The notes under the pieces are model-generated. The model ran no database searches. It was not told the DNA's origin and saw nothing but the letters and a program-made list of their open reading frames with translations. A stretch of 64,000 nt of DNA from contig CAXIUT010000097.1 in NCBI GenBank assembly GCA_964035545.1, positions 186,001 to 250,000 on the forward strand. The letters are read 5' to 3'. Within the stretch, counting starts at the first letter, position 1. Every line of letters begins with the position of its first letter. Positions 32,838-50,800 of the stretch are shown here, one piece after another. Origin of the DNA: Bugula neritina. Its lineage: Eukaryota > Animalia > Bryozoa. A program made the translations under genes and the position numbers.

Positions 32838-35800
32838 ACATACTACAACATATTGAAAGACACTGCAACACATTGAAATATACTGCAACATACCTAAATA
32901 TACGGTAATATACCAAAATGTACTGTGACACATTGAAAAGTACTGCTACATACTGAAATATACTGCAACATACTGCAACATACTGAAATACACTGCAACA
33001 CATTCAAATACACCGCAAAATACTAAAACATACTGAAATGCGCTGTAACATATTGAAATACACTGCAACGCATTGAAATATACTGCAATGTACTGAAATA
33101 TATGGTAAACTACTGAAATATACTGTCACACATTGAAAAACACTGCAACATACTGAAATATACTGCGACACATTGCAATATACTGTAACATACTGAAATA
33201 TGCTGTAGCACACTGAAATACACTGCAACTCACTGAAATATACTGCAACATACTGAAATACACTGTAACATATTGAAATATACTGCAACACACTGAAATA
33301 TAGTGCTACATACTGAAACATACTGCAACATACTGCAACATAGTGAAATACACTGTAACATACTGAAATACACTGCAAGTTACTACAACATATTTCAATA
33401 CACTGCAACACATTGAAATATACTGCAACATACGTAAATATACGGTAATATACTGAAATATACTGTAACACATTGAAAAACACTGCAACATACTGAAACA
33501 CACTGCAACACATTCAAATACACCGCAAAATACTACAACATACTGAAATGCACTGTAACATATTGAAATACACTGCAACACATTGAAATATACTGCAACA
33601 TACTAAAATACACTGTAACATATTGGAATACACTGCAACACATTGAAATATACTGCAAAATACTGAAATACACTGCTACATACTGAAATATACTGCAACA
33701 TACTGCAACATACTGAAATGCACTGCAACACATTGAAATATACTGCAACATACCTAAATATACGGTAATATACTGAATTATACTGTAACACATTGAAAAA
33801 CACTGCAACATACTGAAATACACTGCAACACATTCAAATACACCGCAAAATACTACAACATACTGAAATGCACTGTAACATATTGAAATACACTGCAACA
33901 CATTGAAATAAACTGCAATGTACTGAAATATATGGTAAACTACTGAAATATACTGTCACACATTGAAAAATACTGCAACATACTGAAATATACTGCGACA
34001 CATTGCAATATACTGTAACATACTGAAATATGCTGTAGCACACTGAAATACACTGCAACATACTGAAATACACTGTAACATGTTAAAATATACTGCAACA
34101 TACTGAAATACACTGCAGAATACCGAAATACACTGTAACATACTGAAATATACTGCAAAAAACTGAAATACACTGCTACATACTGAAATATACTGCGACA
34201 CACTGCGACATACTGCAACATACTAAAATACACTGTAACATATTGAAATACACTGCAACACATTGAAATATACTGCAATGTACCGAAATATATGGTAAAC
34301 TACTGAAATATACTGTCACACATTGAAAAATACTGCAACATACTGAAATATACTGCGACACATTGCAATATACTGTAACATACTGAAATATGCTGTAGCA
34401 CACTGAAATACACTGCAACTCACCGAAATATACTGCAACATACTGAAACACACTGTAACATATTGAAATATACTGCAACATACTGAAATACATTGCTACA
34501 TACTGAAATATACTGCAACATACTGCAACATACTGAAATACACTGTAACGTACTGAAATACGCTGGAACATACTACAACATATTGAAAGACACTGCAACA
34601 CATTGAAATATACTGCAAGATACCTAAATATACGGTAATATACCAAAATATACTGTGACACATTGAAAAATACTGCAACATACTGAAATACACTGCAACA
34701 CAACGAAAAACACTGAAAATACTGTAACACACTGAAATATACTTCAAAATACTGAAATACACTGCTACATACTACAACATATTGAAAGACACTGCAACAC
34801 ATTGAAATATACTGCAACATACCTAAATATACGGTAATATACCAAAATGTACTGTGACACATTGAAAAGTACTGCTACATACTGAAATATACTGCAACAT
34901 ACTGCAACATACTGAAATACACTGCAACACATTCAAATACACCGCAAAATACTAAAACATACTGAAATGCACTGTAACATATTGAAATACACTGCAACGC
35001 ATTGAAATATACTGCAATGTATTGAAATATATGGTAAACTACTGAAATATACTGTCACACATTGAAAAACACTGCAACATACTGAAATATACTGCGACAC
35101 ATTGCAATATACTGTAACATACTGAAATATGCTGTAGCACACTGAAATACACTGCAACTCACTGAAATATACTGCAACATACTGAAATACACTGTAACAT
35201 ATTGAAATATACTGCAACACACTGAAATATAGTGCTACATACTGAAACATACTGCAACATACTGCAACATAGTGAAATACACTGTAACATACTGAAATAC
35301 ACTGCAAGATACTACAACATATTTCAATACACTGCAACACATTGAAATATACTGCAACATACGTAAATATACGGTAATATACTGAAATATACTGTAACAC
35401 ATTTAAAAACACTGCAACATACTGAAACACACTGCAACACATTCAAATACACCGCAAAATACTACAACATACTGAAATGCACTGTAACATATTGAAATAC
35501 ACTGCAACACATTGAAATATACTGCAACATACTAAAATACACTGTAACATATTGGAATACACTGCAACACATTGAAATATACTGCAAAATACTGAAATAC
35601 ACTGCTACATACTGAAATATACTGCAACATACTGCAACATACTGAAATGCACTGCAACACATTGAAATATACTGCAACATACCTAAATATACGGTAATAT
35701 ACTGAATTATACTGTAACACATTGAAAAACACTGCAACATACTGAAATACACTGCAACACATTCAAATACACCGCAAAATACTACAACATACTGAAATGC

Positions 35801-36259
35801 ACTGTAACATATTGAAATACACTGCAACACATTGAAATAAACTGCAATGTACTGAAATATATGGTAAACTACTGAAATATACTGTCACACATTGAAAAAT
35901 ACTGCAACATACTGAAATATACTGCGACACATTGCAATATACTGTAACATACTGAAATATGCTGTAGCACACTGAAATACACTGCAACATACTGAAATAC
36001 ACTGTAACATGTTAAAATATACTGCAACATACTGAAATACACTGCAGAATACCGAAATACACTGTAACATACTGAAATATACTGCAAAAAACTGAAATAC
36101 ACTGCTACATACTGAAATATACTGCGACACACTGCGACATACTGCAACATACTAAAATACACTGTAACATATTGAAATACACTGCAACACATTGAAATAT
36201 ACTGCAATGTACCGAAATATATGGTAAACTACTGAAATATACTGTCACACATTGAAAAA
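32838..36259 (+). repeat. 1929-bp tandem duplication (second copy partial, about 1.5 kb)
   Basis: ORF offsets are 1929 (33004/34933, 33533/35462, 33940/35869). Shared variants include GAAAAGTACTGCTA, TACGTAAAT, CATGTTAAAA and GCAAAAAACTG. Confidence 0.88.
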
Positions 36260-37290
36260 CACTGCAACATACTGAAATATACTGCGACACATTTCAATAT
36301 ACTGTAACATACTGAAATAGGCTGTAGCACACTGAAATACACTGCAACTCACTGAAATATACTGCAACATACTGAAATACACTGTAACATATTGAAATAT
36401 ACTGCAACATACTGAAATACATTGCTACATACTGAAATATACTGCAACATACTGCAACATACTGAAATACACTGTAACGTACTGAAATACGCTGCAACAT
36501 ACTACAACATATTGAAAGACACTGCAACACAGTGAAATATACTGCAACATACCTAAATATACGGTAATATACTAAAATATACTGTAACACATTGAAAAAT
36601 ACTGCAACATACTGAAATACACTGCAAGACACCGAAAAACACTGAAAATACTGTAACACACTGAAATATACTGCAAAACACTGAAATACACTGCTACATA
36701 CTGAAATATACTGCGACACACTGCAACATACTGCAACATACTAAAGTATACTGCAACATACTGAAATACACTGTAAAATACTGAAATACACTATAACATA
36801 CTGAAATATCTTGCAACATACTGAAATATACTGCAACATACTGAAATATACTGCAACACACTGCAACATACTGCAACATACTAGAATACACTGTAACATA
36901 ATGAAATACACTGCAACACATTGAAATATACTGCAAAATACTGAAAAACACTGCTATATACTGAAATACACTGCAACACACTGCAACATACCAAAATATA
37001 CTGCAACATACTGAAATACACTGCAACATACTGAAATACACTGCAAAATACTGAAATACACTGTAACATACTGAAGTATACTGCAACATACTGAAATACA
37101 CTGCTACATACTGAAATATACTGCAACACACAGCAACATACTGCAACATACTAAAATACACTGTAACATATTGGAATACACTGCAACACATTGAAATATA
37201 CTGCAAAATACTGAAATACACTGCTACATACTGAAATATACTGCAACATACTGCAACATACTGAAATACACTGCAACACATTCAAATACA

Positions 37291-39250
37291 CCGCAAAATA
37301 CTACAACATACTGAAATGCACTGTAACATATTGAAATACACTGCAACACATTGAAATATACTGCAATGTACCGAAATATATTGTAAACTACTGAAATATA
37401 CTGTCACACATTGAAAAGTACTGCAACATACTGAAATATACTGCGACACGTTGCAATATACTGTAACATACTGAAATATGCTGCAGCACACTGAAATACA
37501 CTGCAACTCACTGAAATATACTGCAACATACTGAAATACACTGTAACATATTAAAATATACTGCAACATACTGAAATACAGTGCTACATACTGAAATATA
37601 CTGCAACATACTGCAACATAGTGAAATACACTGTAACATACTGAAATACACTGCGACATACTACAACATATTGAAAGACACTGCAACACATTGAAATATA
37701 CTGCAACACACCTAAATATACGGTAATATACCAAAATATACTGTAACACATTAAAAAACACTGCAACTTACTGAAATACACTGCAACACACTGAAATACA
37801 CTGCAAAATACTGTAACACACTGAAATATACTGCAACACACTGTAATTTACTGCAACATACTAAAATATACTGCAACATACTGAAATACACTACAAAATA
37901 CTGAAATATACTGCAACACACTGCAACTTACTGCAACATACTAAAATACACTGTAACATATTGAATTACACTGCAACACATTGAAATATACTGCAAAATA
38001 CTGAAATACACTGCTACATACTGAAATATACTGCGACACACTGCAACATACTGCAACATACTAAAATATACTGCAACATACTGAAATACACTGCAAAATA
38101 CTGAAATACACTGTAACATACTGAAATATACTGCAACATACTGAAATACACTGCTACATACTGAAATATACTGCAAAATACTGCAACATACTAAAATACA
38201 ATGTAACATATTGAAATACACTGCAACACATTGAAATATACTGCAAAATACTGAAATACTTTGCTACATACTGAAATATACTGCGACACACTGCAACATA
38301 CCGCAACATACTAAAATACACTGCAACATACTGAAATACACTGCAGAATACTGAAATACACTGTAACATACTGAAATATACTGCAGAATACTGAAATACA
38401 CTGCTACATACTGAATTATACTGCAACACACTGCGACATACTGCAACATACTAAAATACACTGTAACATATTGAAATACACTGCAACACATTGAAATATA
38501 CTGCAATGTACCGAAATATATGGTAAACTACTGAAATATACTGTCACACAATGAAAATTACTGCAACATACTGAAATATACTGCGACACATTGCAATATA
38601 CTGTAGCATACTGAAATACGCTGTAGCACACTGAAATACACTGCAACTCACTGAAATATACTGCAATATACTGAAACACACTGTAACATATTGAAATATA
38701 CTGCAACATACTGAAATACATTGCTACATACTGAAATATACTGCAACATACTGCAACATACTGAAATACACTGTAACATACTGAGATACGCTGCAACATA
38801 CTACAACATATTGAAAGACACTGCAACACATTGAAATATACTGCAACATACCTAAATATACGGTAATATACCAAAATATACTGTAACACATTGAAAAATA
38901 CTGCAACATACTGAAATACACTGCAACACACCGAAAAACACTGAAAATACTGTAACACACTGAAATATACTGCAAAATACTGGAATACACTGCTACATAC
39001 GGAAATATACTGCGACACACTGCAACATACTAAAGTATACTGCAACATACTGAAATACACTGCAACACATTGAAATATACTGCAAAATACTGAAATACAC
39101 TGCTATATACTGAAATACACTGCAACACACTACAACATACTGCAACATACGAAAATATACTGCAACATACTGAAATACACTGCAAAATTTTGAAATACAC
39201 TGTAACATACTGAAGTATACTGCAAAATACTGAAATACACTGCTACATAC
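37291..39250 (+). repeat. Diverged single copy of most of the left-hand 2489-bp unit (matches about 901-2820)
   Basis: Offset is 36390, then 36430 (ORFs 1498/37928, 1834/38264, 1986/38416, 2294/38724). Markers GACACGTTGC, CTGTAATTTA, GCAACTTACT and AAATACTTTGCTA occur in the same order. Confidence 0.85.
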
Positions 39251-39414
39251 TGAAATATACTGCAACACACTGCGACATACTGCAACATACTAAAATACAC
39301 TGTAACATATTGAAATACACTGCAACACATTGAAATATACTGCAATGTACTGAAATATATGCTAAACTACTGAAATATACTGTCACACAATGAAAAACAC
39401 TGCAACATAATGAT

Positions 39415-41885
39415 ATATACTGCGACACAATGCAATATACTGTAACATACTGAAATAGGCTGTAGCATACTGAAATACACTGCAACTCACTGAAATATAC
39501 TGCAACATACTGAAATACACTGTAACATATTGAAATATACTGCAACATACTGAAATATAGTGCTACATACTGAAATAGACTGCAACATACTGCAACATAG
39601 TGAATCACACTGTAACATACTGAAATACACTGCAAAATACTACAACATATTGAAATACACTGCAACACATTGAAATATACTGCAACATACCTAAATATAC
39701 TGTAATATACTGAAATATACTGTAACACATTGAAAAACACTGCAACATACTGAAAGACACTGCAACGCACTGAGATACACCGCAAAATACTACAACATAC
39801 TGAAATGCACTGTAACATATTGAAATACACTGCAACACATTGAAATATACTGCAATGTACCGAAATATATTGTCAACTACTGAAATATACTGTCACACAT
39901 TGAAAAGTACTGCAACATACTGAAATATACTGCGACACGTTGCAATATACTGTAACATACTGAAATATGCTGTAGCACACTGAAATACACTGCAACTCAC
40001 TGAAATACACTGCAACACACTGAAATACACTGCAAAATACTGTAACACACTGAAATATACTGCAACACACTGTAATTTACTGCAACATACTAAAATATAC
40101 TGCAACATACTGAAATACACTACAAAACACTGAAATATACTGCAACACACTGCAACTTACTGCAACATACTAAAATACACTGTAACATATTGAATTACAC
40201 TGCAACACATTGAAATATACTTCAAAATACTGAAATACACTGCTACATACTGAAATATACTGCGACACACTGCAACATACTGCAACATACTAAAATACAC
40301 TGCAACATACTGAAATACACTGCAAAATACTGAAATACACTGTAACATACTGAAATATACTGCAACATACTGAAATACACTGCTACATACTGAAATATAC
40401 TGCAAAATACTGCAACATACTAAAATACAATGTAACATATTGAAATACACTGCAACACATTGAAATATACTGCAAAATACTGAAATACTTTGCTACATAC
40501 TGAAATATACTGCGACACACTGCAACATACTGCAACATACTAAAATACACTGCAACATACTGAAATACACTGCAGAATACTGAAATACACTGCTACATAC
40601 TGAATTATACTGCAACACACTGCGACATACTGCAACATACTAAAATACACTGTAACATATTGAAATACACTGCAACACATTGAAATATACTGCAATGTAC
40701 CGAAATATATGGTAAACTACTGAAATATACTGTCACACAATGAAAATTACTGCAACATACTGAAATATACTGCGACACAATGCAATATACTGTAACATAC
40801 TGAAATAGGCTGTAGCATACTGAAATACACTGCAACTCACTGAAATATACTGCAACATACTGAAATACACCGTAACATATTGAAATATACTGCAACATAC
40901 TGAAATATAGTGCTACATACTGAAATAGACTGCAACATACTGCAACATAGTGAATCACACTGTAACATACTGAAATACACTGCAAAATACTACAACATAT
41001 TGAAATACACTGCAACACATTGAAATATACTGCAACATACCTAAATATACTGTAATATACTGAAATATACTGTAACACATTGAAAAACACTGCAACATAC
41101 TGAAATACACTGCAACGCACTGAGATACACCGCAAAATACTACAACATACTGAAATGCACTGTAACATATTGAAATACACTGCAACACATTGAAATATAC
41201 TGCAATGTATCGAAATATATTGTCAACTACTGAAATATACTGTCACACATTGAAAAGTACTGCAACATACTGAAATATACTGCGACACGTTGCAATATAC
41301 TGTAACATACTGAAATATGCTGTAGCACACTAAAATACACTGCAACTCACTGAAATACACTGCAACACACTGAAATACACTGCAAAATACTGTAACACAC
41401 TGAAATATACTGCAACACACTGTAATTTACTGCAACATACTAAAATATACTGCAACATACTGAAATACACTACAAAACACTGAAATATACTGCAACACAC
41501 TGCAACTTACTGCAACATACTAAAATACACTGTAACATATTGAATTACACTGCAACACATTGAAATATACTGCAAAATACTGAAATACACTGCTACATAC
41601 TGAAATATACTGCGACACACTGCAACATACTGCAACATACTAAAATATACTGCAACATACTGAAATACACTGCAAAATACTGAAATACACTGTAACATAC
41701 TGAAATATACTGCAACATACTGAAATACACTGCTACATACTGAAATATACTGCAAAATACTGCAACATACTAAAATACAATGTAACATATTGAAATACAC
41801 TGCAACACATTGAAATATACTGCAAAATACTGAAATACTTTGCTACATACTGAAATATACTGCGACACACTGCAACATACTGCAA
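39415..41885 (+). repeat. 1350-bp tandem duplication (about 1.8 copies)
   Basis: ORF offsets are 1350 (39605/40955, 39873/41223, 40157/41507). Shared variants include GTGAATCACAC, AAATAGAC and TATTGTCAACTAC. Confidence 0.88.
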
Positions 41886-44800
41886 AATACTGAAATACAC
41901 TGTAACATACTGAAGTATACTGCAAAATACTGAAATACACTGCTACATACTGAAATATACTGCAACACACTGCGACATACTGCAACATACCAAAATACAC
42001 TGTAACATATTGAAATACACTGCAACACATTGAAATATACTGCAATGTACTGAAATATATGCTAAACTACTGAAATATACTGTCACACAATGAAAAACAC
42101 TGCAACATACTGATATATACTGCGACACATTGCAATATACTGTAACGTACTGAAATAGGCTGTAGCATACTGAAATACACTGCAACTCACTGAAATATAC
42201 TGCAACATACTGAAATACACTGTAACATATTGATATATACTGCCACAGACTGCAACATACTGCAACATACCAGAATACACTGTAACATAATGAAATACAC
42301 TGAAACACATTGAAATATACTGCAAATTACTGAAATACACTGCTATATACTGAAATACACTGCAACACACTACAACATACTGCAACATACGAAAATATAC
42401 TGCAACATACTGAAATACACTGCAAAATACTGAAATACACTGTAACATACTGAAGTATGCTGCAACATACTGAAATACACTGCTACATACTCAAATATAC
42501 TGCAACATACTGCAACATACTGAAATACACTGCAACACATTCAAATACACCGCAAAATACTACAACATACTGAAATGCACTGTAACATATTGAAATACAC
42601 TGCAACGCATTGAAATATACTGCAATGTACCGAAATATATGGTAAACTACTGAAATATACTGTCACACATCGAAAAACACTGCAACATACTGAAATATAC
42701 TGCGACACATTGCAATATACTGTAACATACTGAAATAGGCTGTAGCACACTGAAATACACTGCAACTCACTGAAATATACTGCAACATACTGAAATACAC
42801 TGTAACATATTGAAATATACTGCAACATACTGAAATATAGTGCTACATACTGAAATATACTGCAACATACTGCAACATAGTGAAATACACTGTAACATAC
42901 TGAAATACACTGCAACATACTACAACATATTGAAATACACTGCAACACATTGAAATATACTTCAACATACCTAAATATACGGTAATATACTGAAATATAC
43001 TGTAACACATTGCAAAACACTGCAACATACTTAAATACACTGCAACACATTCAAATACACCGCAAAATACTACAACATACTGAAATGCACTGTAACATAT
43101 TGAAATACACTGCAACACATTGAAAAATACTGCGATGTACCGAAATATATGGTAAACTACTGAAATATACTGTCACACATTGAAAAATACTGCAACATAC
43201 TGAAATATACTGCGACGCATTGCAATATACTGTAACATACTGAAATATGCTGTAGCACACTGAAATACACTGCAACATACTGAAATACACTGTAACATAC
43301 TGAAATATACTGCAAAATACTGAAATACACTGCTACATACTGAAATATACTGCGACACACTGTGACATACTGCAACATACTAAAATACACTGTAACATAT
43401 TGAAATACACTGCAACACATTGAAATATACTGCAATGTACCGAAATATATGGTAAACTACTGAAATATACTGGGACACATTGCAATATACTGTAACATAC
43501 TGAAATATGCTGTAGCACACTGAAATACACTGCAACTCACTGAAATATACTGCAACATACTGAAACACACTGTAACATATTGAAATATACTGCAACATAC
43601 TGAAATACATTGCTACATACTGAAATATACTGCAACATACTGCAACATACTGAAATACACTGTAACATACTGAAATACGCTGCAACATACTACAACATAT
43701 TGAAAGACACTGCAACACATTGAAATATACTGCAACATACCTAAATATACGGTAATATACCAAAATATACTGTAACACATTGAAAAATACTGCAACATAC
43801 TGAAATACACTGCAACACACCGAAAAACACTGAAAATACTGTAACACACTGAAATATACTGCAAAATACTGAAATACACTGCTCCATACTGAAATATACT
43901 GCGACACACTGCAACATACTGCAACATACTAAAGTATACTGCAACATACTGAAATACACTGCAACACATTTAAATATACTGCAAAATACTGAAATACACT
44001 GCTACATACTGAAATACACTGCAACACATTCAAATACACCGAAAAATACTACAACATACTGAAATGCACTGTAACATATTGAAATACACTGCAACGCATT
44101 GAAATATACTGCAATGTACTGAAATATGTGGTAAACTACTGAAATATACTGTCACACATTGAAAAACACTGCAACATACTGAAATATACTGCGACACATT
44201 GCAATATACTGTAACATACTGAAATAGGCTGTAGCACACTGAAATACACTGCAACTCACTGAAATATACTGCAACCTACTGAAATACACTGTAACATATT
44301 GAAATATACTGCAACACACTGAAATATAGTGCTACATACTGAAATATACTGCAACATACTGCAACATAGTGAAATACACTGTAACATACTGAAATACACA
44401 GCAACATACTACAACATATTTCGATACACTGCAACACATTGAAATATACTGCAACATACCTAAATATACGGTAATATACTGAAATATACTGTAACACATT
44501 GAAAAACACTGCAACATACTGAAATACACTGCAACACATTCAAATACATCGCAAAATACTACAACATACTGAAATGCACTGTAACATATTGAAATACACT
44601 GCAACACATTGAAATATACTGCAACATACTAAAATACACTGTAACATATTGGAATACACTGCAACACATTGAAATATACTGCAAAATACTGAAATACACT
44701 GCTACATACTGAAATATACTGCAACATACTGCAACATACTGAAATACACTGCAACACATTGAAATATACTGCAACATACCTAAATATACGGTAATATACT

Positions 44801-47800
44801 GAAATATACTGTAACACATTGAAAAACACTGCAACATACTGAAATACACTGCAACACATTCAAATACACCGCAAAATACTACAACATACTGAAATGCACT
44901 GTAACATATTGAAATACACTGCAACACATTGAAATAAACTGCAATGTACCGAAATATATGGTAAACTACTGAAATATACTGTCACACATTGAAAAATACT
45001 GCAACATACTGAAATATACTGCGACACATTGCAATATACTGTAACATACTGAAATATGCTGTAGCACACTGAAATACACTGCAACATACTGAAATACACT
45101 GTAACATATTAAAATATACTGCAACATACTGAAATACACTGCAGAATACCGAAATACACTGTAACATACTGAAATATACTGCAAAATACTGAAATACACT
45201 GCTACATACTGAAATATACTGCGACACACTGCGACATACTGCAACATACTAAAATACACTGTAACATATTGAAATACACTGCAACACTTTGAAATATACT
45301 GCAATGTACCGAAATATATGGTAAACTGCTGAAATATACTGTCACACATTGAAAGATACTGCAACATACTGAAATATACTGCGACACATTGCAATATACT
45401 GTAACATACTGAAATATGCTGTAGCACACTGAAATACACTGCAACTCACTGAATTATACTGCAACATACTGAAACACACTGTAACATATTGAAATATACT
45501 GCAACATACTGAAATACATTGCTACATACTGAAATATACTGCAACATACTGCAACATACTGAAATACACTGTAACGTACTGAAATACGCTGCAACATACT
45601 ACAACATATTGAAAGACACTGCAACACATTGAAATATACTGCAACATACCTAAATATACGGTAATATACCAAAATATACTGTAACACATTGAAAAATACT
45701 GCAACATACTGAAATACACTGCAACACAACGAAAAACACTGAAAATACTGTAACACACTGAAATATACTGCAAAATACTGAAATACACTGCTACATACTG
45801 AAATATACTGCGACACACTGCAACATACTGCAACATACTAAAGTATACTGCAACATACTGAAATACACTGTAAAATACTGAAATACACTATAACATATTG
45901 AAATATACTGCAACATACTGAAATATACTGCTACATACTGAAATATACTGCAACACACTGCAACATACTGCAACATACTAGAATACACTGTAACATAATG
46001 AAATACACTGCAACACATTGAAATATACTGCAAAATACTGAAATACACTGCTATATACTGAAATACACTGCAACACACTACAACATACTGCAACATACTA
46101 AAATATACTGTAATATACTGAAATATACTGTAACACATTGAAAAACACTGCAACATACTGAAATACACTGCAACGCACTGAGATACACCGCAAAATACTA
46201 CAACATACTGAAATGCACTGTAACATATTGAAATACACTGCAACACATTGAAATATACTGCAATGTATCGAAATATATTGTCAACTACTGAAATATACTG
46301 TCACACATTGAAAAGTACTGCAACATACTGAAATATACTGCGACACGTTGCAATATACTGTAACATACTGAAATATGCTGTAGCACACTAAAATACACTG
46401 CAACTCACTGAAATACACTGCAACACACTGAAATACACTGCAAAATACTGTAACACACTGAAATATACTGCAACACACTGTAATTTACTGCAACATACTA
46501 AAATATACTGCAACATACTGAAATACACTACAAAACACTGAAATATACTGCAACACACTGCAACTTACTGCAACATACTAAAATACACTGTAACATATTG
46601 AATTACACTGCAACACATTGAAATATACTGCAAAATACTGAAATACACTGCTACATACTGAAATATACTGCGACACACTGCAACATACTGCAACATACTA
46701 AAATATACTGCAACATACTGAAATACACTGCAAAATACTGAAATACACTGTAACATACTGAAATATACTGCAACATACTGAAATACACTGCTACATACTG
46801 AAATATACTGCAAAATACTGCAACATACTAAAATACAATGTAACATATTGAAATACACTGCAACACATTGAAATATACTGCAAAATACTGAAATACTTTG
46901 CTACATACTGAAATATACTGCGACACACTGCAACATACTGCAAAATACTGAAATACACTGTAACATACTGAAGTATACTGCAAAATACTGAAATACACTG
47001 CTACATACTGAAATATACTGCAACACACTGCGACATACTGCAACATACCAAAATACACTGTAACATATTGAAATACACTGCAACACATTGAAATATACTG
47101 CAATGTACTGAAATATATGCTAAACTACTGAAATATACTGTCACACAATGAAAAACACTGCAACATACTGATATATACTGCGACACATTGCAATATACTG
47201 TAACGTACTGAAATAGGCTGTAGCATACTGAAATACACTGCAACTCACTGAAATATACTGCAACATACTGAAATACACTGTAACATATTGATATATACTG
47301 CCACAGACTGCAACATACTGCAACATACCAGAATACACTGTAACATAATGAAATACACTGCAACACATTGAAATATACTGCAAATTACTGAAATACACTG
47401 CTATATACTGAAATACACTGCAACACACTACAACATACTGCAACATACGAAAATATACTGCAACATACTGAAATACACTGCAAAATACTGAAATACACTG
47501 TAACATACTGAAGTATGCTGCAACATACTGAAATACACTGCTACATACTCAAATATACTGCAACATACTGCAACATACTGAAATACACTGCAACACATTC
47601 AAATACACCGCAAAATACTACAACATACTGAAATGCACTGTAACATATTGAAATACACTGCAACGCATTGAAATATACTGCAATGTACCGAAATATATGG
47701 TAAACTACTGAAATATACTGTCACACATCGAAAAACACTGCAACATACTGAAATATACTGCGACACATTGCAATATACTGTAACATACTGAAATAGGCTG

Positions 47801-50800
47801 TAGCACACTGAAATACACTGCAACTCACTGAAATATACTGCAACATACTGAAATACACTGTAACATATTGAAATATACTGCAACATACTGAAATATAGTG
47901 CTACATACTGAAATATACTGCAACATACTGCAACATAGTGAAATACACTGTAACATACTGAAATACACTGCAACATACTACAACATATTGAAATACACTG
48001 CAACACATTGAAATATACTGCAACATACCTAAATATACGGTAATATACTGAAATATACTGTAACACATTGCAAAACACTGCAACATACTTAAATACACTG
48101 CAACACATTCAAATACACCGCAAAATACTACAACATACTGAAATGCACTGTAACATATTGAAATACACTGCAACACATTGAAAAATACTGCGATGTACCG
48201 AAATATATGGTAAACTACTGAAATATACTGTCACACATTGAAAAATACTGCAACATACTGAAATATACTGCGACGCTTTGCAATATACTGTAACATACTG
48301 AAATATGCTGTAGCACACTGAAATACACTGCAACATACTGAAATACACAGTAACATACTGAAATATACTGCAAAATACTGAAATACACTGCTACATACTG
48401 AAATATACTGCGACACACTGTGACATACTGCAACATACTAAAATACACTGTAACATATTGAAATACACTGCAACACATTGAAATATACTGCAATGTACCG
48501 AAATATATGGTAAACTACTGAAATATACTGGGACACATTGCAATATACTGTAACATACTGAAATATGCTGTAGCACACTGAAATACACTGCAACTCACTG
48601 AAATATACTGCAACATACTGAAACACACTGTAACATATTGAAATATACTGCAACATACTGAAATACATTGCTACATACTGAAATATACTGCAACATACTG
48701 CAACATACTGAAATACACTGTAACATACTGAAATACGCTGCAACATACTACAACATATTGAAAGACACTGCAACACATTGAAATATACTGCAACATACCT
48801 AAATATACGGTAATATACCAAAATATACTGTAACACATTGAAAAATACTGCAACATACTGAAATACACTGCAACACACCGAAAAACACTGAAAATACTGT
48901 AACACACTGAAATATACTGCAAAATACTGAAATACACTGCTCCATACTGAAATATACTGCGACACACTGCAACATACTGCAACATACTAAAGTATACTGC
49001 AACATACTGAAATACACTGCAACACATTTAAATATACTGCAAAATACTGAAATACACTGCTACATACTGAAATACACTGCAACACATTCAAATACACCGA
49101 AAAATACTACAACATACTGAAATGCACTGTAACATATTGAAATACACTGCAACGCATTGAAATATACTGCAATGTACTGAAATATGTGGTAAACTACTGA
49201 AATATACTGTCACACATTGAAAAACACTGCAACATACTGAAATATACTGCGACACATTGCAATATACTGTAACATACTGAAATAGGCTGTAGCACACTGA
49301 AATACACTGCAACTCACTGAAATATACTGCAACCTACTGAAATACACTGTAACATATTGAAATATACTGCAACACACTGAAATATAGTGCTACATACTGA
49401 AATATACTGCAACATACTGCAACATAGTGAAATACACTGTAACATACTGAAATACACTGCAACATACTACAACATATTTCGATACACTGCAACACATTGA
49501 AATATACTGCAACATACCTAAATATACGGTAATATACTGAAATATACTGTAACACATTGAAAAACACTGCAACATACTGAAATACACTGCAACACATTCA
49601 AATACATCGCAAAATACTACAACATACTGAAATGCACTGTAACATATTGAAATACACTGCAACACATTGAAATATACTGCAACATACTAAAATACACTGT
49701 AACATATTGGAATACACTGCAACACATTGAAATATACTGCAAAATACTGAAATACACTGCTACATACTGAAATATACTGCAACATACTGCAACATACTGA
49801 AATACACTGCAACACATTGAAATATACTGCAACATACCTAAATATACGGTAATATACTGAAATATACTGTAACACATTGAAAAACACTGCAACATACTGA
49901 AATACACTGCAACACATTCAAATACACCGCAAAATACTACAACATACTGAAATGCACTGTAACATATTGAAATACACTGCAACACATTGAAATAAACTGC
50001 AATGTACCGAAATATATGGTAAACTACTGAAATATACTGTCACACATTGAAAAATACTGCAACATACTGAAATATACTGCGACACATTGCAATATACTGT
50101 AACATACTGAAATATGCTGTAGCACACTGAAATACACTGCAACATACTGAAATACACTGTAACATATTAAAATATACTGCAACATACTGAAATACACTGC
50201 AGAATACCGAAATACACTGTAACATACTGAAATATACTGCAAAATACTGAAATACACTGCTACATACTGAAATATACTGCGACACACTGCGACATACTGC
50301 AACATACTAAAATACACTGTAACATATTGAAATACACTGCAACACTTTGAAATATACTGCAATGTACCGAAATATATGGTAAACTGCTGAAATATACTGT
50401 CACACATTGAAAGATACTGCAACATACTGAAATATACTGCGACACATTGCAATATACTGTAACATACTGAAATATGCTGTAGCACACTGAAATACACTGC
50501 AACTCACTGAATTATACTGCAACATACTGAAACACACTGTAACATATTGAAATATACTGCAACATACTGAAATACATTGCTACATACTGAAATATACTGC
50601 AACATACTGCAACATACTGAAATACACTGTAACGTACTGAAATACGCTGCAACATACTACAACATATTGAAAGACACTGCAACACATTGAAATATACTGC
50701 AACATACCTAAATATACGGTAATATACCAAAATATACTGTAACACATTGAAAAATACTGCAACATACTGAAATACACTGCAACACAACGAAAAACACTGA

